From positions 167,950 to 231,949 of the forward strand of contig CAVXJO010000007.1 of the NCBI GenBank assembly GCA_963762125.1: a stretch of DNA of 64,000 nt, read 5' to 3'. Position numbers and translations under genes: made by a program. The notes beneath the pieces were generated by a model. It did no database searches. It saw nothing but the letters and a program-made list of their open reading frames with translations, and was not told where the DNA came from. This DNA comes from an uncultured Thermoleophilia bacterium (lineage in GTDB: Bacteria > Actinomycetota > Thermoleophilia > UBA2241). The stretch's first letter is position 1. Every line of letters begins with the position of its first letter. Below are positions 10,674-19,467 of this stretch, piece after piece.

Positions 10674-10997
10674 CTACGCGTCGGTGTCCATGATGTGCTC
10701 GAGCACCTCGAAGTGAGGCATGGAGACGTTGCCCGTCGCCCACTTGATCGCCTCGTGCAGCTCGAGTCCCTCGGCGTGCTCGCGGGCCTGCTGCGCGGTC
10801 TCGAACTCGAGGACGACCCTGATGTCGTTCGGGTCGCCGTCGACGTGCCACACGCGAGCGCCCTTCGACCCGAGGCGCCGACGGCGCTCCTGGTCGTCCA
10901 GGAAGACCTCCTTGAACGTCTCGTAGTCGCCAACGACGTGGTCGATGATCAACAGCGCCATCTCACTGCCTCTCTTTCGCCGGATGAGCGACGTCAC
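10674..10997 (-). CDS. Small conserved hypothetical protein, possibly an alpha+beta barrel of the Dabb/YCII type. The likely start is the internal MALLIIDHV at about 10961.
   Basis: 95-107 aa ORF with protein-like composition (…DYETFKEVFLDDQERRRRLGSKGARVWHVDGDPNDIRVVLEFETAQQAREHAEGLELHEAIKW…). No confident family assignment. Confidence 0.45.
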   Translation of the reverse strand: MTSLIRRKRGSEMALLIIDHVVGDYETFKEVFLDDQERRRRLGSKGARVWHVDGDPNDIRVVLEFETAQQAREHAEGLELHEAIKWATGNVSMPHFEVLEHIMDTDA

Positions 10998-11216
10998 AGT
11001 AGCGAACGTGGTCCGCTGTGAAAAGGGAATGCTGGCGCCGCCGCGGCCGCCGATGGTACCCTCTTCTCGTCCATCTCCAAGCCCTTCGCCCTACGGCAGC
11101 AGCTACGGGCGCTGGGCCGTACCACGGACAGACCGTGGGGCGGCGATGTGTGGTCGCCGTCGTGGGCCCGGGCGGAAACGCCCGGACCTCCCCGTGCTTG
11201 GAAAGGAGCCAGGGAC

Positions 11217-12125
11217 ATGACCATCCCGACCAATGGTGGTCGGGCCGTCGCAGCCGAGCCGACCGGCGAGGTACGCGTGACGACCCTTCCGTCGCACCAC
11301 CCCTCTCGAGGCGCGCAGCGACGTGCCGCCGCCTCCGGCCGCCGCGGCGCGACCGCGCCACCCCGGCGACCGCTCGCGATCGTCGTCGCGCTGCTCGCGG
11401 CGCTGGCGCTCGCGGCCACGGCCTGCGGCACGGCGTCGGACACGACCGCCGGCCGGCCGCGCGAGCTCAGCGTCTTCGCGGCGGCGTCCCTGACCGACGC
11501 CTTCACGCAGCTGGGCAGCGACTTCACCGCCGCCCACCCGGACGTGAGGGTCAGCTTCAACTTCGCCGGCAGCAACGACCTGGTGACGCAACTGCAGCAG
11601 GGAGCGCCGGCGGACGTGCTCGCCACCGCCGACGACGCGAGCATGGAGAAGGCCGGCCGGCTCACCGGCCGGCCGCAGTCGTTCGCGACCAACAAGCTCG
11701 TCGTCGCCGTGGCGCCCGGCGACCCTGAGCACATCGCCGGGCTCGCCGACCTCGCGCGCAAGGACGTCAAGGTCGTGCTGGCTGCCCCGGAGGTGCCCGC
11801 CGGCAAGTACGCCGCGACGGTCCTCGGTGAGGCCGGAGTCAGCGTGGAGCCCGTCTCCCTCGAGGTCTCCGTCAAGGGAGTCGTGACCAAAGTCTCGCTG
11901 GGCGAGGCCGACGCCGGCATCGTCTACGTCACCGACGTCAGCGCCGCCAAGGGCGCGATCGACGCGGTCACCATCCCCGGCGATCAGAACGTGATCGCAA
12001 GCTACCCCATCGCCACGCTGAACAGCAGCCGGAATGCCGACGACGCGAAGGCGTTCATGGACTTCGTGCTGGCGGCCGACGGTCAGAAGGTCCTCGCCGA
12101 CTACGGGTTCCTGCCGGCGCCGTGA
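11217..12125 (+). CDS. modA: Molybdate ABC transporter substrate-binding protein ModA
   Basis: RBS GGAAAGGAG 6 nt upstream of the ATG. Signal peptide with lipobox (LAATACG). ModA-fold motifs (SFNFAGSNDLVTQLQQGAPADVLATAD…GIVYVTDV). Confidence 0.85.
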   Translation: MTIPTNGGRAVAAEPTGEVRVTTLPSHHPSRGAQRRAAASGRRGATAPPRRPLAIVVALLAALALAATACGTASDTTAGRPRELSVFAAASLTDAFTQLGSDFTAAHPDVRVSFNFAGSNDLVTQLQQGAPADVLATADDASMEKAGRLTGRPQSFATNKLVVAVAPGDPEHIAGLADLARKDVKVVLAAPEVPAGKYAATVLGEAGVSVEPVSLEVSVKGVVTKVSLGEADAGIVYVTDVSAAKGAIDAVTIPGDQNVIASYPIATLNSSRNADDAKAFMDFVLAADGQKVLADYGFLPAP

Positions 12126-13066
12126 GCAAGGGCGCCGACAGCGACCCGCGCGCGGACGCGCGCAGGAGAGAACCGGCGGGGAACCTGGCGGTCGTCGCCG
12201 GGGACGCGATCGCCCCCCCGGACCGGCCCGAGCCGGCGCCCTGGTGGGCCCCGGCCCCGGGGGCCCGGCGCGCCTCGCGTCCCGGAGGCGACCGGGCGCC
12301 GCTCGGCTTCGTGCCGCTGGCTGCGGTCGCGGTCGTGTTCCTGACCCTGCCGCTGATCGCCCTGCTCGCGCGCGCACCCTGGCGCAGCCTGCCCGGCGAC
12401 CTGACGGCGCCCGGCGTGCTCACGGCGCTTCGCCTCTCGCTCATCTGCTCGGTCGGCGCGCTCTGCCTGTCGCTCGTGTTCGGCGTGCCGCTCGCCTGGC
12501 TGCTCGCGCGCGTCCCCTTTCGCGGCCGCAACCTGGTGCGCGCCCTGGTGCTCCTGCCCATGGTGCTGCCGCCGGTCGTCGGCGGCGTCGCCCTGCTGCT
12601 CGCTTTCGGCCGCAACGGCCTCGCGGGGCAGTGGTTGGACCGCCTCTTCGGCATCACGCTGCCGTTCTCGACGGCGGGTGCGATGCTCGCCGAGACGTTC
12701 GTCGCCATGCCGTTCCTCGTCATCACCATCGAGGCCGGCATCCGCGCCATGGACCGGCGGTACGAGGACGCCGCCGCGACCCTGGGCGCCGGACGCTGGC
12801 GGACGTTCCGCCTGGTCACCGTGCCGCTGATCGCGCCGGCGCTCGCCGCGGGAAGCGCCCTCTGCTGGGCGCGCGCTCTCGGCGAGTTCGGCGCCACCAT
12901 CACCTTTGCCGGCAACCTGCCGGGGACGACCCAGACGATGCCGCTCGCCGTGTACCTGGCGCTGCAGAACAACGTTGATGCGGCGATCACCCTTAGCCTT
13001 GTCATGCTGGTGATCTCGCTGGCGGTACTCGTCGGTCTGCGGAGCCACTGGTTCCCGTCACGATGA
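12122..13066 (+). CDS. modB: Molybdate ABC transporter permease ModB (the start is probably internal)
   Basis: CysTW/ModB permease with an EAA-like loop (…AGRWRTFRLVTVPLIAPALAAG…). Overlaps the modA stop. Confidence 0.85.
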   Translation: MSKGADSDPRADARRREPAGNLAVVAGDAIAPPDRPEPAPWWAPAPGARRASRPGGDRAPLGFVPLAAVAVVFLTLPLIALLARAPWRSLPGDLTAPGVLTALRLSLICSVGALCLSLVFGVPLAWLLARVPFRGRNLVRALVLLPMVLPPVVGGVALLLAFGRNGLAGQWLDRLFGITLPFSTAGAMLAETFVAMPFLVITIEAGIRAMDRRYEDAAATLGAGRWRTFRLVTVPLIAPALAAGSALCWARALGEFGATITFAGNLPGTTQTMPLAVYLALQNNVDAAITLSLVMLVISLAVLVGLRSHWFPSR

Positions 13067-13100
13067 TGAGACTCACGACACACACCGCCGGAGCACCGGC

Positions 13101-14159
13101 GTGAGCCTTCAGGCCGCCGTCGGCCTGCGCCGGGGCACCCTGGACCTCGACGTCGAGCTGGTCGTCGCGAGCAGCGGAGTCGTGGTGCTGCTGGGACCGA
13201 ACGCGGCGGGTAAGACCACGTTGCTGCGGGCGCTGGCCGGACTCGTGCCGCTGGAGCGCGGCCGGGTGACGCTCGACGACGTCGTCCTCGAGGACCCGGT
13301 GGCGGGCCTGCGCGTACCGACGGAGAGGCGACCGATCGGGGTGGTCTTCCAGGATTACCTGCTGTTCCCACACATGACTGCGCTCGAGAACGTCGCCTTC
13401 GGCCTGCGCTCCCGCGGCGCCGGCCGTGGCGCCGCAAGAGAGAGCGCCCTGGGCATGCTCGAGCGCGTCGGCCTCGCAGATCTGGCCGCAGCGAAGCCGA
13501 GGGCGCTCTCGGGCGGCCAGGCCCAGCGGGTCGCCCTGGCGCGGGCGCTGGCCACCGACCCGCGCCTGCTCCTGCTGGATGAGCCGCTCTCCGCGATGGA
13601 CGCGGGTGCGCGCGCGGAGCTGCGGCGCGGCCTGTCCCGTCACCTCGCCGCCTACGAGGGCACCTGCCTCGTGATCACGCACGACCCCATCGAGGCCATG
13701 ACGCTGGGCGACAAGCTGATCGTCCTCGAGGCCGGCCGCGTGGTGCAGGCGGGCAGCCCGGAAGAGCTCTCGTCTCATCCGCGCTCGCGCTACGTCGCCG
13801 ACCTGCTCGGCCTGAACCTCTACCGCGGCCAGGCCCACGATCGGGCCATCGTGCTTGCCGACGGGCATCGCCTCATCGCCGCCGACCCCATGCCCGACGC
13901 CGGCGACGTGTTCGCCGTCATCCCGCCGCGAGCCGTAGCCCTGCACCGCGTGCTCCCCGAAGGCTCGCCGAGGAACGTCTGGAAGGGCGTCGTCGAGGAT
14001 CTCGACATCGTGGGCAACCATGTGCGCGCGCACGTGGGCGGCGAGCTGCCGATCATCGCCGAGGTGACCCCGGGAGCCGTCGCCTCCATGCGCCTGGACG
14101 ACGGCGGCCCGGTGTTCGTCGCCGTCAAGGCCGTCGAGGTCGAGGTCTACGAGGCGTGA
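13101..14159 (+). CDS. modC: Molybdate ABC transporter ATP-binding protein ModC with a C-terminal TOBE/Mop domain
   Basis: Walker A GPNAAGKTT, signature LSGGQAQRVALARAL, Walker B LLLDEPLSAMD. About 110-aa C-terminal extension typical of ModC. Confidence 0.88.
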   Translation: MSLQAAVGLRRGTLDLDVELVVASSGVVVLLGPNAAGKTTLLRALAGLVPLERGRVTLDDVVLEDPVAGLRVPTERRPIGVVFQDYLLFPHMTALENVAFGLRSRGAGRGAARESALGMLERVGLADLAAAKPRALSGGQAQRVALARALATDPRLLLLDEPLSAMDAGARAELRRGLSRHLAAYEGTCLVITHDPIEAMTLGDKLIVLEAGRVVQAGSPEELSSHPRSRYVADLLGLNLYRGQAHDRAIVLADGHRLIAADPMPDAGDVFAVIPPRAVALHRVLPEGSPRNVWKGVVEDLDIVGNHVRAHVGGELPIIAEVTPGAVASMRLDDGGPVFVAVKAVEVEVYEA

Positions 14160-14202
14160 TCCCGGGTTTCCTCACGGCGGCTTCTTCGTTACGCTCCACG
14201 GC

Positions 14203-14736
14203 ATGAACGAGCATCGCGAGACCATGACCGCGGATAAGCCCGCCCTCGTCGCCATCGTCGGCAAGAGCGACTCCGGCAAGACGACTCTCATTGAGAAGGT
14301 CGTGCCGGAACTCGTCAAGCTCGGCCTGCGCGTCGGGACGGTCAAGCACGACGCGCACTCCTTCGAGATCGACCACCCCGGCAAGGACTCGTGGCGGCAC
14401 GGCCAAGCCGGCGCGGAGGCGTACGTCATCGCCTCTCCGGAGCGTCTCGCCTTCATCACGAAGCTGGACGGCGAGCTCCCGCTCACCGAGATCGTCGGTC
14501 GCTACTACGACGGTTTCGACATCGTCGTCGCCGAGGGCTACAAGCGCACCGCCCCGCACCGCGTCGAGCTCTTCCGCGTGGGCGCCGGCCACACCGAGCC
14601 GCTGTGCGCGCCCGGTGAGGCGATCGCCCTCGTCACCGACGCGGAGCTGCAGCACGAGCACCGCTTCGGCCTCGAGGACGGCGCCGGCCTCGCCGCGTTC
14701 CTCGCCGCCCGCCTCGAGGCCTTGCGCCAGTACTGA
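14203..14736 (+). CDS. mobB: Molybdopterin-guanine dinucleotide biosynthesis adapter MobB (second, stand-alone copy)
   Basis: VAIVGKSDSGKTTLIEKV…HPGKDSWRHGQAGAEAY. Paralogue of the C-terminal domain of the mobAB fusion. Confidence 0.85.
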   Translation: MNEHRETMTADKPALVAIVGKSDSGKTTLIEKVVPELVKLGLRVGTVKHDAHSFEIDHPGKDSWRHGQAGAEAYVIASPERLAFITKLDGELPLTEIVGRYYDGFDIVVAEGYKRTAPHRVELFRVGAGHTEPLCAPGEAIALVTDAELQHEHRFGLEDGAGLAAFLAARLEALRQY

Positions 14737-14998
14737 GCGCGGGGTCGACGAGCCAGCCTCCGGGAGAACGACGCGCCGGCTCGCGCGATCGGGCGCATCG
14801 CCCATCGGCCTCCTGCCGCGGCGCCTCTCTCTCCTCCCCCGGACCCCTCTTCGCGAACGGCGCATGGCGCTTGACTTTGCCCCCCGCAGCGATAGACGAT
14901 GCCCGTGATGCGGTCGAGCTAATCCGCATTGCGGACTACCTTGGAGTCACGCGCGACGGCCATCGCGTCCGGCTCCGCGTCAGCGACCATGGGGAGGT

Positions 14999-17604
14999 GT
15001 GAGTATGGCGGAGGACATGAGCAAGACCGGAGCCTCCGGCGAGACGACGCTGATCAGGGACATCAGCTTCTGCGGCGTCCCGGAGAACGGCTCCAATGCA
15101 TCGATGGTGGACGTGAAGGACGGCAAGATCGTCCGCATCCGCCCGATGCACTATGACTGGAAATACAAGAAGGCGGATCTCAACCCCTGGAAGTTCGAGG
15201 TGCGCGGCAGCACGTTCGAGCCCAGCATGAAGACCCTGATCCCGCCCTACAGCATCGCCTACAAGAAGCGCGTCTACTCGCCCGCCCGCATCCGCTACCC
15301 GATGATGCGCGTGGACTTCGACCCCAACGGCGAGCGCAACCCGCAGAACCGCGGCGTGAGCAAGTTCAAGCGCATCTCCTGGGACAAGGCGCTCGACATC
15401 ATCACCAGCGAGATGAACCGCATCAAGGAGAAGTACGGCCCGACCGCCCTGCTCTACCAGTGCGACCAGCACGGCGAGAACAAGGTCGTGCAGGCCTGCC
15501 ATGGCGCCGGCCGCAAACTGCTCCGCGAGTGGGGCGGCTTCACCCTGCAGATGCGCCAGCCCGACAGCTGGGAAGGCTGGTGGTGGGGCAACAAGCACTT
15601 CTGGGGCTGCGAGCCCGTCGGTCAGGGCCAGCAGAGCAACCTGCTCTGGGACATCTCCAAGAACTCCGAGCTGCTGCTGTTCTGGGGCTGCGACCAGGAG
15701 ACCACCCCGTGGGGCTGGCAGGGCCAGCTCCCGAGCCGCCTGAGCTACTGGTGGAGTGAGATCGGCATCAAGCAGATCTACGTCTGCCCCGACCTCAACT
15801 ACGCCGCCGCCGTGCACGCCGACCGGTGGATCCCGGTGCTCCCCAACACGGACGCCGCGATCTACCTGGCATCATGCACCGTGGTTCAAGGAGGGCACCT
15901 ACGACAAGGAGTACCTCGCCACCCACGCCGTGGGCGTCGACAAGTACGAGGCCTACGTCATGGGCGAAGAGGACGGCGTCGAAGAAGACGCCGGAGTGGG
16001 CGTCGCCCATCTGCGGCGTCCCCGCGCGCGTCATCAAGGCCCTCGCCAAGGAGTGGGCGAGCAAGCGCACGACCGTGGTCATCGGCAACGGCGGCCCCGG
16101 CATCCGCGGCCCCTACGCCACCGAGCCGGCGCGCCTGCAGGGCATCTGCCTCGCCATGCAGGGCCTCGGCAAGCCGGGCCAGAACCAGGCCAAGATGATC
16201 GAGTGGGGCCTGTTCGACAAGCCCGACCAGTACGCCCAGCCCAAGCCGCTGCGCGTGCCGTACCTGCGCAAGCGCCTACACCGGCGGCCACCCGGACGAG
16301 AGCAACCACCCGTCCTTCATCCCCAAGACCTACATCCCCAAGGGCATCCTCGAGGGCGAGTGCGACTGGTGGGGCTGCGAGTCCGAGACCGCCGACCGCG
16401 CCAACCAGTTCGAGCACTACAAGTACCCGGCCGACGGCTGCTCCAAGATCCACATGGTGTGGACCGACTCGCCGAGCTGGATCACCTGCTGGAACGGCTG
16501 GCAACGACTACGTCAAGGCCATGCGCCACCCGGACATCGAGTTCATGTTCGCGCAGCACCCCTGGCTCGAGAACGACTGCCTGATGGCCGACGTCATCCT
16601 CCCCGTGAACACCAAGCTCGAAGAGGACGACATCGCCGGCGACATCTTCAGCGGCCAGTACCAACCTGCTCTATCCCCGAGCACAAGTGCATCGAGCCCC
16701 TCGGCGAGAGCTACAGCGACTACGAGATCGCCGTGCATGATCGCCGAGCGCCTCGGCCTCAAGGAGGAGTACACCGGCGGCAAGACCATGCCCGAGCTCA
16801 TCAAGTACGGGTACGAGACCTCGCGCTGCGAGGACCTCATCACCTGGGAGGAGCTCAACGAGAAGGGCTACTACGCGGTCCCGACGGACGACGATTGGGA
16901 GGACATGCCCGCCGGCTTCTACAACTTCTACAAGGACCCGGAGAAGTATCCGCTGACCACGCCGACGGGCAAGCTCGAGTTCGAGGCGCGGGTCTCTCGA
17001 GCAACTTCCCCAACGACCTCGAGCGGCCGCCGGTACCCAAGTGGGTCGCCCAGGGCATCACCCACGAGGAGACCGTGGGCACCGAGCGCTCCAAGAAGTA
17101 TCCGCTGCTCGTGTGCTCCAACCACCCGCGCTGGAGCGTCCACAGCCAGCACGACGACATCACCTGGCTGCGCGAGATCAAGACCTGCAAGGTCACCGGT
17201 CCCGACGGCTACCAGTACCACCCGATCTGGCTGCACCCCTCCGAGGCCGAGAAGCGCGGCATCAGCACGGCGACATGGTCTAGCATCTTCAACGAGCGCG
17301 GCACCGTGCTCGCCGGCGCCTACATCACCGAGCGCATCATGCCCGGCGTGATCTACATCGACCACGGCGCCAAGTGGGACCCGATCGTCCCCGGCGAGAT
17401 CGACCGCGGCGGCGCGATCAACACCATCGTGCCGCGCGACACCACCTCCAAGAACGCCGTCGGTCACGCCGTGAGCGGCTTCCTCGCCGACATGCGAGAA
17501 GACCGACATGGAAGAGCTGAAGCCAAGTATCCGGAAGCGTTCGAGAAGCCGTTCCACCCGTGTGCCGGTCCCGGCTTGGAAGCCTGCATCTGGGGGAGGG
17601 CGTG
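14999..17604 (+). pseudogene. Molybdopterin oxidoreductase large subunit, copy 2 (AthL-like paralogue, about 55% aa identity to copy 1). Disrupted by at least 8 single-base frameshifts.
   Basis: Homologous segments alternate between all three forward frames: 14999-15890, 15880-15990 (…WFKEGTYDKEYLATHAVGVDKYEAYVMGEEDGV), 15990-16290 (KKTPEWASPICGVPARVIKALAKEW…QNQAKMIEWGLFDKPDQYAQPKPLRVPYL), about 16500-16660, 16740-16990 (…TWEELNEKGYYAVPTDDDWEDMPAGFYNFYKDPEKYPLTTPTGKLEFEA), 17000-17500 (…KWVAQGITHEE…GVIYIDHGAKWDP…). Confidence 0.75.
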
Positions 17605-18435
17605 ATGGGCAAGGTCCTCGTCATCGATCTGAACATCTGCAACGGCTGCTACAACTGCCAGGTGGCCTGCAAGGACGAGCACGTCGCCAACGACTGGTCG
17701 CCCATCGCCAAGCCGCAGCCCGACACAGGGCAGTTCTGGAACAAGGTCACCGACCTCGAGCGCGGCCAGGTGCCCAAGGTCAAGGTCACGTACATGCACA
17801 GCATCTGCCAGCACTGCGACGACGCGCCGTGCATCCCGGCCTGCAACGTCGAGGCGATCTACAAGCCGCGACGACGGGGCCGTGATCATCGACCCGGACA
17901 GGTGCCGCGGCAACCAGCTGTGCCTCGAGGCGTGCCCGTACGAGGACGTCATCTGGTTCAACGACTCGCTGAACATCGCCCAGAAGTGCACGTTCTGCGC
18001 GCACCTCCTGGACGACGGCTGGACCGAGCCGCGCTGCGTGGACGCCTGCCCGACCGGGGCGTTCACGGTTCGGCGACGAGGACGAGCCCGGAGATCAAGG
18101 AGCTCATCGCCAAGGCCGAGCCGCTCAAGCCCGAACTGGCCGTCAAGCCACGCGTCTACTACATCGGCCTGCCCAAGCCGTTCATCGCCGGCGCCGTGTT
18201 CGAGCCCGACGTGGACGAGTGCACCGAGGGCGCCAAGGTCACGGCCATGAGGGTCGGCAACGGCAAGGTCTACGAGGCCGTCACCGACAGCTACGGCGAC
18301 TTCTGGCTCCGCGACGTGGAGCCCGGCGAGTACACCGTGCTCGTCGAGAAGGAGGGCTACCTGCCGCAGAAGATGGGCCCCGTCGACGCCGCAAAGGACA
18401 TCAACGTCGGCGACATCGCCGTGTGGAAGGCCTGA
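17605..18435 (+). pseudogene. Molybdoenzyme small (beta) subunit, copy 2 (3x[4Fe-4S] plus C-terminal beta-barrel domain), with at least 2 frameshifts
   Basis: RBS GGGGGAGGG precedes the ATG. Frame 1 reads MGKVLVIDLNICNGCYNCQVACKDEH…CQHCDDAPCIPACNVEAIYK. Frame 2 (17882-18060) reads …IIDPDRCRGNQLCLEACPYEDVIWF…CTFCAHLLDDGWTEPRCVDACPTGAFTV. Frame 1 then resumes with …EIKELIAKAEPLKPELAVKPRVYYIGLP…EPGEYTVLVEKEGYLPQKMGPVDAAKDINVGDIAVWKA. Confidence 0.75.
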
Positions 18436-18483
18436 GTCAGGCCTGAGCGTCGAGCGCCCAAGGGCGCCTGCGTGCAACAGACC

Positions 18484-18515
18484 GGAGGGGCCGGGCCGCG
18501 AGGCCCGGCCCCTCC
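18484..18515. terminator. GC hairpin GGAGGGGCCGGGCC-gcga-GGCCCGGCCCCTCC downstream of molybdoenzyme copy 2
   Basis: Perfect 14-bp stem, read from the sequence. Confidence 0.45.
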
Positions 18516-18684
18516 CCGTACGGAGGAGCGGGAGAGGCGACGCCCGCACCAGCTTGCCGGCCATCAGTGACGCCTCCGCGCTTGATTACCTCCGGAGCGA
18601 GCCTTACAGTGTGTCTAGAGAGCGCGTCAGCCGCTCCGCGACCCTATCGCGACCGCGTCGCGTTCACGGACAGGAGATTGCGAC

Positions 18685-18894
18685 ATGCCAAACCTCGGCG
18701 CACCAGAACTCATCATCATCGCTCTGGTGATCCTCTTGCTCTTCGGCGCCACCCGCCTTCCCAAGCTGGGCAAGTCGATGGGCCAGAGCATCAAGGGGTT
18801 CAAGGACGGACTCAACGACGCCTCGGAAGACGACGAGATCGTGGACGTCAAGCGCGACGCGACGGCCGACGACAAGGACGCCAAGGCTTCCTGA
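18685..18894 (+). CDS. tatA: Twin-arginine translocase subunit TatA
   Basis: MPNLGAPELIIIALVILLLFGATRLPKLGKSMGQSIKGFK followed by an acidic tail. 69 aa. A perfect IR CGCGAC-cgc-GTCGCG sits just upstream. Confidence 0.9.
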   Translation: MPNLGAPELIIIALVILLLFGATRLPKLGKSMGQSIKGFKDGLNDASEDDEIVDVKRDATADDKDAKAS

Positions 18895-18911
18895 GCGCCA
18901 CCAGAGAACGG

Positions 18912-18947
18912 ACGACGACGGCCCGCCTGCAGGCGGGCCGTCGTCGT
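18912..18947. terminator. Bidirectional terminator hairpin (16-bp perfect stem ACGACGACGGCCCGCC/GGCGGGCCGTCGTCGT) between the convergent tatA and ispF
   Basis: Read from the sequence. Confidence 0.5.
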
Positions 18948-19001
18948 TAACGCTCCTGCAGCCACATCGCCCCACGGTCCGGGCTGGGCCCGCCGCCCGC
19001 G

Positions 19002-19465
19002 TCAGCGACTGAGCAGGCAGACGGCGTGGGCGGCGATACCCTCTCCGCGTCCCTCGAACCCCATGCCCTCGGTGGTCGTGGCCTTGACGCTGACGGCGTC
19101 GCTGGCGACGCCCAGGGCGGCGGACAGGTGCTCACGCATCTCAAGCCGATAGCCGGAGAGCCGCGGCCGCTCACAGACGATGGTCACGTCGACGTTCTCG
19201 ACCTTCCAGCCGGAATTGGCGAGCCAGGCGATCACGCGCTCGAGCAGCGTCATGCTGGAGGCGCCCTCGAAGGCCGGGTCGGTGTCGGGGAACAACTCGC
19301 CGATGTCGCCGAGACCGGCGGCGCCGAGCAGGCCGTCCATCAGCGCGTGGACGGCCACATCGGCGTCCGAGTGCCCAGCGAGTCCCTGCGCGTGGTCGAT
19401 GGGCACACCGCAGAGGACGAGCTCGCGCCCGTCGGCGAAGCGATGCGCGTCGTAGCCGCCGCCGA
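19002..19465 (-). CDS. ispF: 2-C-methyl-D-erythritol 2,4-cyclodiphosphate synthase IspF. The conserved N-terminus lies upstream of the first ATG (19406) and has no canonical in-frame start.
   Basis: …[39 protein letters not shown]… In the same frame, upstream of the MPIDH start, the sequence encodes the essential G-x-D-x-H region, overlapping the ispD stop codon in the +1 frame. Confidence 0.75.
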
Positions 19466-19467
19466 CC

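Noticed and set aside
9493-10851. 452-aa ORF antisense to mobAB (similar long antisense ORFs occur at 10994-11920, 11103-12377, 12055-13437 and 13002-14033 opposite modABC)
   Set aside because: Low-complexity Arg/Ala/Gly-rich translations. The opposite strand encodes well-defined Mo-cofactor and molybdate-transport proteins.
17560-17604. Upstream extension MCRSRLGSLHLGEGV of the beta2 ORF
   Set aside because: The RBS GGGGGAGGG sits immediately before the internal ATG at 17605, and the homologous beta1 gene starts at the equivalent MK… position. The extension overlaps the 3' end of alpha2.
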